A DNA stretch of 63,209 bases, counting the filler, from Octopus bimaculoides (taxonomy: Eukaryota), in NCBI RefSeq assembly GCF_001194135.2. It is 6 parts of 6 records of this genome, joined end to end, with 100 filler letters (N's around TTAATTAATTAA, not from the genome) between each part and the next. Parts side by side here need not be neighbours in the genome. Positions count along the whole stretch, not along the records: positions 25,295 to 33,918 come from NC_068985.1; positions 34,019 to 56,424 come from NC_069003.1; 4 more parts are not named here. One strand, 5' to 3'. Position numbers and translations under genes: made by a program. Shown here in pieces: positions 25,396 through 38,050 of this stretch. The stretch's first letter is position 1; the number at the start of each line of letters is the position of its first letter. Below the pieces are notes generated by a model. The model was given only the letters and a program-made list of their open reading frames with translations. It did no database searches and was not told the origin of the DNA.

Positions 25396-26000
25396 ATTAT
25401 TCAGTTTTATTTCAAGATTTCTTTACAATAGTGAAAGAGCCGGTTTCTAACCTAGATCCAAGGCTCCTTCACTGGAATTTCAACAACATTAACAGGATAT
25501 TTTTGTATGTATATATACGTGCAGGTTAGTATGTTTTTTTTTATCTATGTCTTCTCATGCATATAACTGCATATTTAGACATGTTCACATTTAAATGATA
25601 AACTTCTGGAAGGTTTTACAGATTTTTACAGTTCCAGTGATGGCCTGGGTCCTGCGATGGCTTGGATCAGCTTTCTCCTTTTGGGTTATGAGAAGCCTAA
25701 TTTCTCAAGACTGCTATTTAGGTAGTGTGTTACATATCCCAGTGCCCCAATAATTACAAATATAAACCTGAACTTGTAATCTGGATACAGTAACTGCAGA
25801 TTTCTCAATAATTCAGCATAAGTATTCTCTTTTTCACCGATCTTCAGCCTTATGTTAACATCTGCTGGGCTGCTAATTTCCACAACTGTACACAGTTTCT
25901 CTTCTCTGTCTTAAATCTCTTGAGGTTTTCACTGGAATATTCCACCAGTACTCCTTTTTATTATGACTGGCTATGTCTTCTATCATACTGTGGGTTCTTA
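25396..26000 (-). mobile_element. R4/Dong-type (RLE) LINE 3' fragment
   Basis: KEYWWNIPVKT..EISSPADVNI..EKENTYAELLRNLQLLYP..VIIGALG..GTVKICKTF, then a 3' UTR ending gaaataaaactgaataat. Confidence 0.75.
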
Positions 26001-26121
26001 TTTCTATGTTTGTATGTATGTATGTATGTAGGTAGGTAGGTAGGTAGGCAGGTAGGTAGGTAGGTAGGTAGGTAGGTAGGTAGGTAGGTAGGTAGGTAGG
26101 TAGGTAGGTAAAATATGTGAG

Positions 26122-27462
26122 TGTAGGGCAGGATTCATGACAGACGATCTGTAGACAGGAACTTTGCTGCGGGTTAGCTAGGGAGTTAGTCTGCAGCGAG
26201 GTGCCCTTCGGGTTGAGAAGTTGAAGCAAAATAATATATGCAGTAAGCGTTAAATGAATCTGAATTATTTAAACAGAAGTAACTGGCGACTATCACCCTG
26301 ATGTACTTCTGTTTAGGGGGTCGTAGTTACCGACTGAAGAAGGCGAGTGGTCGCCATTGACTGTTGATGTGTTGTTCCAAAACGCATTCTATGGTTGTGT
26401 CGGATGCGTCAACTGTGAGTGCAGTCTAAGCTAAGCTGACATATGAGGATAAGACAGCATGATTGCTTTAGCCAGAGCCTTCATCGCAAACTGGGTCGCC
26501 CATTTCAGTGTCCCAGACAGCATCTCGTCCGATCAGGGTTCACAATTCACCTCAAAGCTGTGGAATGTCATGTGTGACCTTTTTGGAATCACAATGAACC
26601 GCACAACAGCCTACCATCCACAGGCCAACGGGTTAGTGGAGAGATTTCATCGCCGCCTGAAGGAATACCTGACAACCAGACTTAACGGGCCCAGTTGGAT
26701 TGATCAATTTCCATGGATAATGCTGGGAATCCGCACCGCCCCAAAAGAAAATCTCAACACTTCCTCTGCGGAAATGGTGTATGGTACCTCTCTTACAGTG
26801 CCAGGAAAGTTCCTACCGAATACGAAGTCAGACCCAGATGTCAATAGGTACTCGCTCAACTGTGAGACAGCGTGGGCCAGATGTGCCCTATTCCTATGTC
26901 AACACACGTTACACCCAGATCATCCGAACCGAACGACCTCCACACGGCTAACTTTGTGTTAGTTCGACGTGACACACGACTAAAACCCTTCCAGTTACCC
27001 TACGATGGTCCATATGAAGTCATACGTCCTAGAGATAAATCATTTCAACTCCTAATTGGCAGACGACAAGACACAGTCTCCATCAATAGGTTAAAACCGA
27101 TATTGACAACTCCGTTCAAGTAGCCCAACCACCAAGCAGAGGCCTCTTCAGGCAGATCACACTAACCCTTGACAAGGAACAGTCACCATAAGCCGAGTAA
27201 CCACACACACGGGCAGGACATTTAAAATGCCTTCCCGGTTCCAATGACAGCCAACAGTTCGGAGGTGGGGTACTATGTAGGGCAGGATTCATGCCAGATG
27301 AACTGTAGACAAGAACTTCGCTGCGGGCTAGCCAAGGAGCTGGTCTGCAGCGAGATGCCCTTCCAGTTGAGAAGTTGAAGCAAAATAATATAAGCAGTAA
27401 GCGTTAAATGAATCTGAATTATTTAAACAAAAGTAACTGGCAGCTATTGCCCTGATGTACTT
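26122..27462 (+). mobile_element. Internally deleted Gypsy LTR element carrying only part of the integrase
   Basis: 187-bp direct repeats at 26122-26308 and 27276-27462 (19 mismatches by my count); PPT GGAGGTGGGG at 27261-27270. Integrase core SDQGSQFTS..TTAYHPQANGLVERFH and GPY motif PYDGPYEV, with a frameshift. No TSD or PBS seen. Confidence 0.9.
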
Positions 27463-28077
27463 AAAGGAATAAACCTTTGATAAACACATTCTCATCTCCA
27501 CGAATTTGTTTGTGTATAGCTTAACAAAGCTATAGAAGAAAGAAAACTAAACTCATTTACGAGACTCTTATTCACTACGACCCATCGCGCACCGCTACCT
27601 GGTGAGATGCTGTGCAAACAATTGTGGTGCATCGGAGGTGCTGATGTGTCTCTTCAGGTGACTTGTCGAAAGGTAGCACGTTGTTTATTCGCCGTTTCGC
27701 TTATTTGTCTAACAATCCATTTTAGTAGTTGTGGTTTGCTGTGCATCTATACGAACAACTGATATGCAATGAAGAACCCGTCAATAATCAGATAACTTAT
27801 ACAGAGAATCGAAAGTAATAAATAAAATATAATATAAATATAAGTACATGAGTCAGACACAATGTTATACACCGATAATCAAATACCGTTAAATGAAACC
27901 GTAAAAGACCATAAAAATACCACCAGGGTAAAACAAACAAACATAAAATGGGACAATCAAACTGACCTTTGCATTTTCATAATCTAGCATACTCATACAT
28001 ACATATTCATATATACATACATATGCACTATTCTTTGTTTGTTTTTTAGTCCAATGACTTAAACAAGAAGATTAAAG

Positions 28078-28108
<31 letters not shown>

Positions 28109-29026
28109 TGAACACTTCAGATTATTAAAAAGAAAAGAAAAAACTTCAGCAGAGGCATGTAAATATTTATCATAGCGTGGAGGTTTCTATTATCTATTAC
28201 TACTCGTATTTTTCCATATGTAGCTGATCGTGTGTAACTGGCTTTTCGTTATGTGAAAACTGAATTTATGAAATACCATATAAGAATCATCAAACGCTGG
28301 ATGGATGAATTTTTTTAAATGGCAAATAATGAAGGTGATGCATAGATGTATATGTATGAATGTGTAATATATATATATAGTGTAGTATATTGCCACTTAA
28401 GTGTGGCTGACCCCTAGGGGTGGATGTTACTGTTGCTTTTAGCCCCAGGAGGACATCTCCTCCAGCTGGCTTATCGACACACGACTGTGTCCTGTTTGCC
28501 AAGGGAAGTTATCCCTCTCACCTCGATCTGCANNNNNNNNNNNNNNNNNNNNNNNNNNNNNNNNNNNNNNNNNNNNNNNNNNNNNNNNNNNNNNNNNNNN
28601 NNNNNNNNNNNNNNNNNNNNNNNNNNNNNNNNNNNNNNNNNNNNNNNNNNNNNNNNNNNNNNNNNNNNNNNNNNNNNNNNNNNNNNNNNNNNNNNNNNNN
28701 NNNNNNNNNNNNNNNNNNNNNNNNNNNNNNNNNNNNNNNNNNNNNNNNNNNNNNNNNNNNNNNNNNNNNNNNNNNNNNNNNNNNNNNNNNNNNNNNNNNN
28801 NNNNNNNNNNNNNNNNNNNNNNNNNNNNNNNNNNNNNNNNNNNNNNNNNNNNNNNNNNNNNNNNNNNNNNNNNNNNNNNNNNNNNNNNNNNNNNNNNNNN
28901 NNNNNNNNNNNNNNNNNNNNNNNNNNNNNNNNNNNNNNNNNNNNNNNNNNNNNNNNNNNNNNNNNNNNNNNNNNNNNNNNNNNNNNNNNNNNNNNNNNNN
29001 NNNNNNNNNNNNNNNNNNNNNNNNNN

Positions 29027-29438
29027 AGGAGTGGCTGTGTGGTAAGTAGCTTGCTTACCAACCACATGGTCCCGGGTTCAGTCCCACTGCGTGGCAACTT
29101 GGGCAAGTGTCTTCTACTATAGCCTCGGGCCGACCAAAGCCTTGTGAGTGGATTTGGTAGACGGAAACTGAAAGAAGCCTGTCGTATATATGTATATATA
29201 TATGTATGTGTGTATGTGTTTGTATGTCTGTGTTTGCCCCCCCCCCAACATCGCTTGACAACCGATGCTGGTGTTTATGTCCCCGTAACTTAGCGGTTCG
29301 GCAAAAGAGACCGATAGAATAAGTACTAGGCTTCCAAAGAATAAGTCCTGGGGTCGATTTGCTCGACTAAAGGCAGTGCCCCAGCATGGCCACAGTCAAA
29401 AGACTGAAACAAGTAAAAGAGTAAAAGAGTAAAGAGTA
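29027..29438 (+). mobile_element. SINE family B, near-complete reference copy
   Basis: tRNA-like head (gtggctgtgtggtaag; gggttcagtccc), CORE-like ttgggcaagtgtctt, central (TA/TG)n, tail (aaagagt)n. Confidence 0.9.
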
Positions 29439-29699
29439 CACATGTCTGTCTATTTTTCTATTCTCGATTATCTGTCAAAGCTGATGTTATGTCTATGTTT
29501 AATTGTCTAATTTTTCAGATGCGTACATCTATAAACATGTTGTGATGTATGTTTGTATGTATATCTATTTATGCATGCGTACATATGTGTGTTAATTATG
29601 TGCTTGTGTGAATACCTGTATATGTACATCTGTATATCTATGTTTCTGTGCGCCGACTCGTAAATGTAAATGAGTGTACATTTGTATATACATATCTTT

Positions 29700-31217
29700 G
29701 ATTATGTTGGCGCGTGTTGAACAGCCTCCTCAGTTCTGGGCCCTGTAGCCGAAAAGCTGCAGCCACTCTGCTCGGGATATCGCCGATCGTTTCCCACCAA
29801 TGTGTTTTACGCTGGCTAGAACAGGGATGGGGAAACTTTTTAGAGCGGCGGGCAAAAATTTCCAAAGAAAAAGGTCGGCGGGCGGATAACAAGTTCTAAC
29901 TCTTAAATCTGTGTAAATCTTGTATATATCTATGTATATAATTCGATATACGTTAATAAAGTTAACACATTAAATTAACGCGTAGCATCTTCATTGACGC
30001 CGCCACTGAATTTAGGACGTTTATATTACTTATGAGGTATCCTATGTTTTTCAGCTAGAATGTAGTTGGTTCTCAAGGGGTGGTACATACCTAGCAATAT
30101 GTGTTTTATGGTGAAAACAAAATTTCCATTCAAATGGCAATTACCGGACGATTTTCTGTTCGAGTCTAACAGTTTTAAGTCGCAGTAGAAACGCGACCTA
30201 TGTTGCAAACAGGCATACGAATATTGTATAAATTTTATAATTGAAAAATTTACTATATTTTGTGCATACGAGTATATCAGCCTGCGGGCGCAATAAAATA
30301 TGATCACAGGTGCATTGCACCCGCGGGCGGGGGTTTCTCCACCCCTGGGTCAGAGCGTCTACCTTATTTTTTTCCTGAAGGCACGAAGCCCACTTGAGAC
30401 TTCAGGCCAAACTCAGCAGATAGCTCCCCCAGAATTCCCAGGCAACACTTAATTACCATTTCCACAGCTCCTTTCGTGCGGATCCTCCTCTAGTTTGGAA
30501 CCACCGATACCACACCCCTACCTCCTGCTCTGTAGCACAATCGGTTTGAATTTTGACAGCTCGCAGTCCCCATCTCAGCTCTAGGTTCATACTCTTTAAC
30601 ACAGCGTCCAGTTCGGCTACATGAATGTGGTAGTAGTCGTCTTTCTTCCTGTGTCACGCTGCGTCTTCCATCTCAACACCTATTTCTAGAATGACTCCCA
30701 GCGCTATACTACTCATGTCACACCCCTGTTTCTGTATCAGGCACAAATCAACTGCCTTTCACCGAATCTTCTGCTCGCACTCTCTCCAAGGCATCTCGCA
30801 TCATTGCAATCGTCTTCTCTCCCACTTTATCACCCCATTCTTGCGGTCACCAGTGTTGTTGTGCAATCCGTATCCGCAAGGGTTCATGCTTCCCTTGCCC
30901 TCATCATAACCCTTATTACAGGCAGTGAACGGTGGTGCATCTTCAATCGGTCGTGGGGTAAACAAGCAGCGAAACATAAAAAGTAGATAAACATGATTCA
31001 GTAAAGGACTGATGAAACTTGTGGTGGTGGTCTTCAATCATCTGAACCATAAGGATTCTATGATCAAAATGCTTGAACTTCGCTAGTTCCGCTGATTACA
31101 ACGAAGGTTGTAACAAGTGAGAATAATGTAAAATTTAATGAGTTTGTTGCTTTTATTTCAAAAAGATTTCGAATATTATCTTAGATAATATCTTATCTTA
31201 AATATATTGTCTTATAT

Positions 31218-31295
<78 letters not shown>

Positions 31296-32200
31296 TTCGC
31301 ATACACGCACTTACACACACACTGAGTGTGCATGAGTTTTGTGTGGAAGATGTTTTGGCTATCGGTGCGTAAGGGATCGGGAATAACTCCCGATGATTAT
31401 AAATGAGATTAAGTTACAGAATATAAGATTTTCTTGGGAAGAATTTACTGTACATAAGATTCCCCTTCCCTCGTTTCTATATATGCTGGAGCTCGCCAGG
31501 TGCCAGGGTTGGGCATATCGGTAAAGTTCTAGGGTTTCAGTTCCTTGCATTCCCTGGCCATGTGCGGACCTCGACACCTAAAGCATAGTCCCTCAGCTCT
31601 CCATCTCGCTGTACTTCTGTTGTCGCTAGTTCCCCGCCTGCCTCTTTGTTCTGCACAGATCCGCCTTCACCACTGCCACTGGATAGCGTGTGTTGTTTTG
31701 CGTCAACACTCACATCTTGTCCACATCGTTTCGATGTCCGGCATCTGCTGCAAATGAACTGAAATGTGATTGGGGAATCCAATCACAAAAGCCAGTTTCA
31801 CCATCTGCTCTATCCCTGCTCCAGTAAACCCTGCTGACCCCGCCAACCTCCTGATCTCGCCCACATAATCATCCACTTGCTCGCCCGTCCATCTCACTCT
31901 TCCAGGCTTACTACAGGCTTTGAATTCTCCTTCTGTATACGCGCCCTTCAGACGTTCTTCAATTTTTTCCACTTTGACCTGATCTGCTTCGTCCATCTCT
32001 AAGTACAGATTTAATGCCCTTCGCTCTTGGTAAAGTGCCATATGACTATCCACATCTTCGATACCTCGCAACTTCTTTTATCCAGGTCGTCATATCACTT
32101 TCCCAGGTCATCATATCACTTTCCCCAGCAAACGGCCTCAAGACATCGCTATTGATCCTAATTTTTGTGGCCATCGCGTATGTCGGCGGTCGTAAAAAAG
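29700..32200 (-). mobile_element. Decayed Gypsy element: gag plus RT-connection/RNase H; protease and most of RT not recognised
   Basis: gag MATKIRINSDVLRPFAGESD.. and LYLEMDE..VKLAFVIGFP; zinc knuckle CFRCRGPHMAREC (about 31537-31575); pol DYYHIHVAELDAVLK..WGLRAVKIQTD (30365-30840), continuing past the hAT MITE as NKVDAL..GPELRRL. Confidence 0.8.
29822..30347. mobile_element. hAT (Charlie/Buster-like) MITE nested in Gypsy pol
   Basis: TIRs CAGGGATGGGGAAAC / CAGGGGTGGAGAAAC (13/15). Degenerate 8-bp TSD GGCTAGAA / GGTCAGAG (5/8; the differences are transitions). Confidence 0.75.
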
Positions 32201-32337
32201 CATGAACGAAAAATGAAAAGAAAAAACGGATGTATATCTCAACTACAGGTAAAGAGCGTGCTGAAATAGGATGTGATTGTAAGGTACAAATAAGGTTGCT
32301 CTTACCTCGAGATGCAATTGGTAACAGTATATTCAAA

Positions 32338-32559
32338 TGTTAGGTCACAGGAACCAGTTAAATTCAACAGTCGCACGCTCACGTGCACTCTTCCTGAACT
32401 TCTTACCACCAGAAAGGAGTACTCGCCTAAAACAATTCCCGAAGCACGTCTGTCACGCTCGACGCCGCGGCGAATAAAGAGGCTGTTCAAAAACCCCGCT
32501 TTTTGACGTGATGTCACTTCCCCCCTCTTCCGGTCCCCTTGTCCTCGGAGCCCCCTACA
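32338..32559 (+). mobile_element. Candidate LTR
   Basis: TGTTAGG...CCCTACA termini and an internal AATAAA on +. No TSD, PBS or second copy in the window. Confidence 0.45.
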
Positions 32560-32985
32560 TTCCTCTACAATATCTCTAAACTTGTTTGCTTGTCACTATA
32601 TATGTACATGGAAAAAAGGACATGCATGTATGTATGGATATTTGTTCTTATTTCTCTGAATGTATATATACATGCCGGTGCGTTTATTCTGCTTTTGAAA
32701 ATAAGAATATATTTACTTTTTATATATGTATTAGTCTCTGAGAGGGGTCTATTGGCCCTCAAATTGTTTTTTATTGTACGACATTATCGTATATTTCATT
32801 CCGCACACATCCACTCTGTATATTTAAATGCTTTCCGCAATAATCCTATTCTTCATTCAAATGACTCCGAGAAAGCTATAAGATGCTGCTCGGGCACTCA
32901 GTTCTGAGTGCAATACTTCTTATAGCAGAAATAGTTGTAAGTTAAAGGATGTGGTATTATAACTCTGGCTTTTGTAATTCAATAA

Positions 32986-33014
<29 letters not shown>

Positions 33015-33022
<8 letters not shown>

Positions 33023-33913
33023 CTACTACATATGCGGAAAATTCTGTCTGTGGGTGTGTTTGTGGAGTTGTTAGCTAACTCCTCCTACATCGTTTTATCG
33101 ATTCTGATGAAACTTGACAAGTGAGTAGAACTCATGTCTAGAAACCTCATGGTATACTCAGTGTTGAAAAATCGATAATAGGGCCCCTGGACGGGATCCT
33201 TATATATATCTAATATATTTTTCTTTTTACAGCAAGGGAAATAACCCATTCGCACCTGGAAGGGTCCTTATATATAGCCAAGAGAAATAACCCATTCATC
33301 TTCGTAAATTATTTGGTATAAATCAAATTGAGTATGCTTATTTCTTAGTATTTTAACTGTTTGAGCTATTTTCGCAATTTATCCAGTACAACCCTTAAAC
33401 AAGTAAATAGTTATTTCTTAAACAATAGAACCACTTATTTCGGTTAGTGACTTATTCACGAATATACCAACACTAGCGCCACTGTGGATAATATTCTCTG
33501 GGAAGGCACAAAGCCCTTTTCAGAGTTATTTACTTTGAATTGTTATTATCTCATGTCTGATTAGCCTTTTATTACGTAACATGCTTCACGATTTTAGTAT
33601 ACATACCTTATTAGTATTTCCTCCTAAGTTCTATATACTCTGGGAACGCATTAAAGCCCTTTTCGTCACTACTTCATTTGAATTCTTAAAATCGGGTAAC
33701 TAATTTTATGTTATTACATAACTGACTTCACAATTTGGGTATTCATAGCTTATTGGGAATTCCTAAAAACAAGATCCTGTGTAAGACAGTTCGGTATTCT
33801 CTGTAAATGCACAAAAACGGTGTATTGTTGTTATTGGATTAGCGAAACAATTATGAGAACGGACCCAAGGAATAAGGCCCGCTTTCCCGGGAATTACCAG
33901 GTATGTCAGCTAA
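33015..33913 (+). mobile_element. Non-autonomous Helitron-like element
   Basis: Starts in (TCTA)n with a tc..ctgtctgt..aactcctcc..gattctgatgaaact 5' signature. Ends with a GC hairpin cccgg-gaatta-ccagg then CTAA (CTAG variant). Diverged internal repeats of about 150 bp at 33490-33800. Confidence 0.6.
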
Positions 33914-34147
33914 TATATNNNNNNNNNNNNNNNNNNNNNNNNNNNNNNNNNNNNNNNNNNNNTTAATTAATTAANNNNNNNNNNNNNNNNNNNNNNNNNN
34001 NNNNNNNNNNNNNNNNNNATATATATATATATATATATATACATGTATAAAAGTTATTTTAAATTCGCATTATTTTTATTTCTTGTTGTGCCGTTTTTAC
34101 ATTAATATGTTTCTCTTCCTACATTTACCAAATAATAATCTTTGCAG

Positions 34148-34363
34148 GATTCTTTCCAATCGGTTCCGTGGACACCGAAAATGCCAAAAATGGCCCAACC
34201 AGACCTCAACTATATGGCACCTGAAATTATCAGTGATAAAACCTGTACATCACTAAGCGATATTTTCTCTCTCGGAATGGTAGTATGTGCTCTTTACAAT
34301 TCGGGCCACCCGCTCATCGAAGCCGAACACAGTGTCAGCTTGTATCTCAAAAAACTAGAACAG
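34148..34363 (+). CDS. SCYL2: Internal coding exon of an SCY1-like pseudokinase (SCYL2-like; kinase subdomains VIII-IX)
   Basis: Acceptor tttgcag|GAT at 34147/34148 and donor CAG|gtaaaa at 34363/34364. 216 nt = 72 codons, phase 0-0, no stops. Peptide DSFQSVPWTPKMPKMAQPDLNYMAPEIISDKTCTSLSDIFSLGMVVCALYNSGHPLIEAEHSVSLYLKKLEQ has the APE and SDxFSLG motifs in the SCY1-family context. Paralog assignment is from memory; no other exons were recognised. Confidence 0.85.
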
Positions 34364-34404
34364 GTAAAAAAATTTTTTTCAGAAATATCTTCTAGATTAT
34401 TGTG

Positions 34405-36690
34405 ATTGTTGTTGTTGTTGTTGTTGTTGTTGTTTTCCGATTGATTTGCATTTTATTTCATCTTCCGACCGGGTCTCAACCAGAGACCTAAGGCACGTAT
34501 ATATTAGATGGAGAGAAACTTTCTGAGAATGTGGACAGTCGATGTCAACGCAATTTTTTTTAAGTCTCGTAGATTGCTGGTTTCCCAGGGATCTAGTCAA
34601 AAAGATTTTCACTACCTTTCTTGATCAATTCCAGGGCACCTACAACAACAGGGATGGTTTTTGTTTTTAATTGTCACGTCCTAGATATCTCATTAATGTG
34701 GTAGAACATCAAAAGCTTTTTTATAGTCTATCCAGGCTATTGATAAGTTTTCGTGTCGTTTGTGAGAATCTTCCAGGGTCATCTTATTGCTGAGTAGCTG
34801 ATCTTTACAACCACAGGACCCACGTTTACATCCTTTTCGCTCATTAGAGAAAGATGCCACTTTCTATTAAAAATATTTGTATATTCAGTCAAGACAGATG
34901 TTAGTATTTTATACATTGTTGTTAAGCAGGTTATGGGTCAATAATTGGTGGGTTCATTTGTTACTTCATTTTTTGGAAGCAGGAATGTAATATCATTAAC
35001 TAGCCAAGAGGGAATCATACTAGGTTATTGCAAAGCATTGTTGTAAAGTTTTGTTAGCAGTTCATGGCTCTCTGGGAAGGCATTCAACCAAGAAGTTAGG
35101 AATTTTATCCTTTTCTGGCGATTTCCATTTCTTTGACCTCCCTAGAGCAAATCTTACATCTTCTACCTAGATACTCTCCCACTTTTGCTCTTCTAAGGAA
35201 TCTAAGTCAGTAGATATTCTATTTATTGTGTTTTTTCTTCTGCCCAAATTTTATTCCAAAATTTCTGCACTTCTTTTGATGGGACTTTACTGTGACTGGT
35301 ATTTTCCCTATCTTCCTGCAAAAATGTTTGGGGGTTTTTGAACATGTTGTTGTCCTTAGAGAATCTAACGCGCTTTCCATACCATGCTATGCGGGCAGCT
35401 TTAGCACATACCTTTTGCTTGATAGTTTCTATAGTGGTATCGATATCAGGTATAGTTTTCATATAATTTTCTTTAATTTTCGGTCTTTTGTTGGTTTGAT
35501 AGTCTTGTCAAACTTAAGGTCTTTTAAACATTCTATGTCAGACCTAAGTAGCTGAATTTGGTGTTGAATACGCTCTGGCCAAGAAGGCTTTTTGTGGGAA
35601 TGTTGTCGTTTTCTAATCTTTTCACCACATACAATCTTTGAGATTTTCACGGATGCGTAGTATAGGTGGCTGAGATCTGTAATATCAACATCATTAGCTG
35701 AAATCATATCCTTAAGTGCAAGGCGGATTTTACCAATTACTTTAAGGTTTTGATTAGAGTTGCAAATTTTGGGGAAAGTGTCATGTTCTTTCATACTGGT
35801 TTCTTTACTTTTCAGCCATTCAATCATGATTTGAGTTTTTAGATCATGTAGTTCTGATGGGTCAATTTCTGTGTGACTTTCTCCATCTATTTGATTTTCA
35901 TCTGCCTTGGTGTTTATGATTGGTTCACAGAGTATTCCACTTTGCTTATAAGTTATATTAACCCTTGCTATCATTACTGTATTTTCATCAGACCTGGGCT
36001 GGTCTATAATTGTTCCTTTTATCCCATACTGATTGATTAATTTGGTCAATCTCTAATTCAGTAATTAGTAATTTCTTTTTCATGTTTCTTCTGGCGTTGG
36101 CAAGTTTGTTACTGTCTATGTACGATCTTACTTCAAGGTGCTTCTGTCTCCATCTTATGTAGTTTTTTTCAGTATTAGATTTATTTTGGGGGAAATACAT
36201 GGCATGATAGAAGGCCTTAATAACTTATTTATCATCTCTACTAGACTATTTTTGATTCTTTTTCTTTTGGTTATTTGATGACGAGTGTGGATGGCCATCT
36301 GTTGGAATATTCCGGTTGTGGGGTACTTCCAGCTCCTGTGTTCCGGGAAGATTTGAACCAGTAGCTGATTTTTCGTACTCAGTCTGGTTCCTCCCGAGGG
36401 TACGCGGTGCTTGTTGATACGGTTGACGGCCGATTCGGTTTGTATTTTGCTTTGTTATCACTGAGGCAAGGCAAGCTTGGACATTGACATTAGGGGACGG
36501 ATCTCTCTGTTTAGAGTTAATTTTTGAGACAACACCGCCTCCGAGTTGTCTGAATGAAAACATTGCTCGGAACGTAGTTTCTTAAGGCTAACAGATCTGT
36601 ATTAGTCTGTACTCTTTTTGCTGATAGATTTATCTTTTGGGCATAGTTTTTTGTGGTGTTTTTAAACCTATGAATGGTTCACTCTGGGTT
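34405..36690 (-). mobile_element. R4/Dong-type LINE with intact 5' region and a large internal deletion
   Basis: N-terminal DSNKLANARRN, PSWPERIQ, QKFWNKIW; RT start NYxPITCLTTMYKILT..WIDYKKAFD; then a jump to the C-terminal TIPVVVGAL..HILRKV, a 3' UTR and a (CAA)n tail. Confidence 0.85.
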
Positions 36691-37154
36691 AGTCCGAAAA
36701 ATAAAAATAAAAAATTGTTTTGTTTTTTTCACTTCGTTTGTGATACGTGATTTCATATGCGTCTATGTGTGTCCTGTAAATTTCACGTAGTTGTGTAAAC
36801 ATTGGGATGTATGTGTAGTCTTATAGGTATTGAAATGTATATATGATTGTGTACACATTCGAGTGTATGCGTAGTTACTCAATTTATGTACTTACTGTTT
36901 TGTTCCACTTATATTTTATAATTTGTAAACTTTCCGATGTTGATTTCGTATGTATCTTTCGCGCGTGTTTCACTGAGACATCGTGCATGGGAGAAGCTGT
37001 GTGTTGTATCGCAGTAAAATTTCGTTTTTGTGATTATTTTCATTAAAAGGCCGCTTCCCTCAAGTCTTCCACAGGTTCCTTTATCCCATTCCACCGATGT
37101 TATTAGATTAGATCTGTTTTTTAATTTATTATTATTATTATTATCATCATCATC

Positions 37155-37196
<42 letters not shown>

Positions 37197-37327
37197 GTGG
37201 TATAGTCGGATGACGTAGAGCCCTTGACTTTTTGCTTAGTCTCCAAGGCTGGCTGGAATGAAGGGAAGTCATCCTCAGACCAAAGACGTGAATCGACTAC
37301 TTACAACATAGTAACATCCATCAAATA

Positions 37328-37381
<54 letters not shown>

Positions 37382-37382
<1 letters not shown>

Positions 37383-38050
37383 GAAGCTGGCGGAATCGTT
37401 AGCTCATCGGGTAAAATGCTGAGTGACATTTCGTCTGTCGCTACGTTTGAGTCCAAATGCCACCGAGGTCGATTTTACCGTTCATCCTTTCGGGATCGAT
37501 AAAATAATTACCAGTTGAATACTGGGGTCGATGGGATCGACATATCCCCTCCTATAAAACTGCTGCCCTTGTGACAAAATTTGAAATCATTATTATTATC
37601 ATTATCAGTAAGGCGGCGAGCTGGTAGAATGGTTAGCACGCTGAACGAAATGTTTAGCGGCATTTCGACTGTCTTTATGGTCTGAGTTCAAATTGCGCCG
37701 AGGTTGACTTCACCTTTCATCCTTTCGGGGTCAATGAAATAAGTACCAGTTGAGCAATGGGGTCGATGTAATTGACTTACCCCTTCCCGAAATCTCAGTC
37801 GTTGTGCTTTTCGTAGAAAGGATTATTATTATCGTTAAGGCGACGAGCTTGCAGAATCGTCAGTACGCCGAGCAAAATATTTAGCGGTATTTTGTCCGTC
37901 TTTACGTTCTGAGTTCAAATTCCACGGAGATCGACTTTACATTTCATCCTTTCGGGGTCGATGAGATAAATATCAGTTACGCACTGGGTCGATGTAATCG
38001 ACTCATCCCCTCCCCCAAAGTTTCATGCCTTGTACCTATAGCAGAAAGGA
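37382..38050 (+). mobile_element. Three head-to-tail SINE family A copies separated by (ATT)n
   Basis: Heads at about 37382, 37610 and 37838, each with a tggcagaatcgttag-like A box and a gagttcaaa-like B box. Confidence 0.9.

Noticed and set aside
31353-31455. 3' LTR of the 29.7-32.2 kb Gypsy (PPT-like GAGGGAAGGGG followed by TG...CA)
   Set aside because: No matching 5' copy upstream of gag, and pol sequence continues beyond it.
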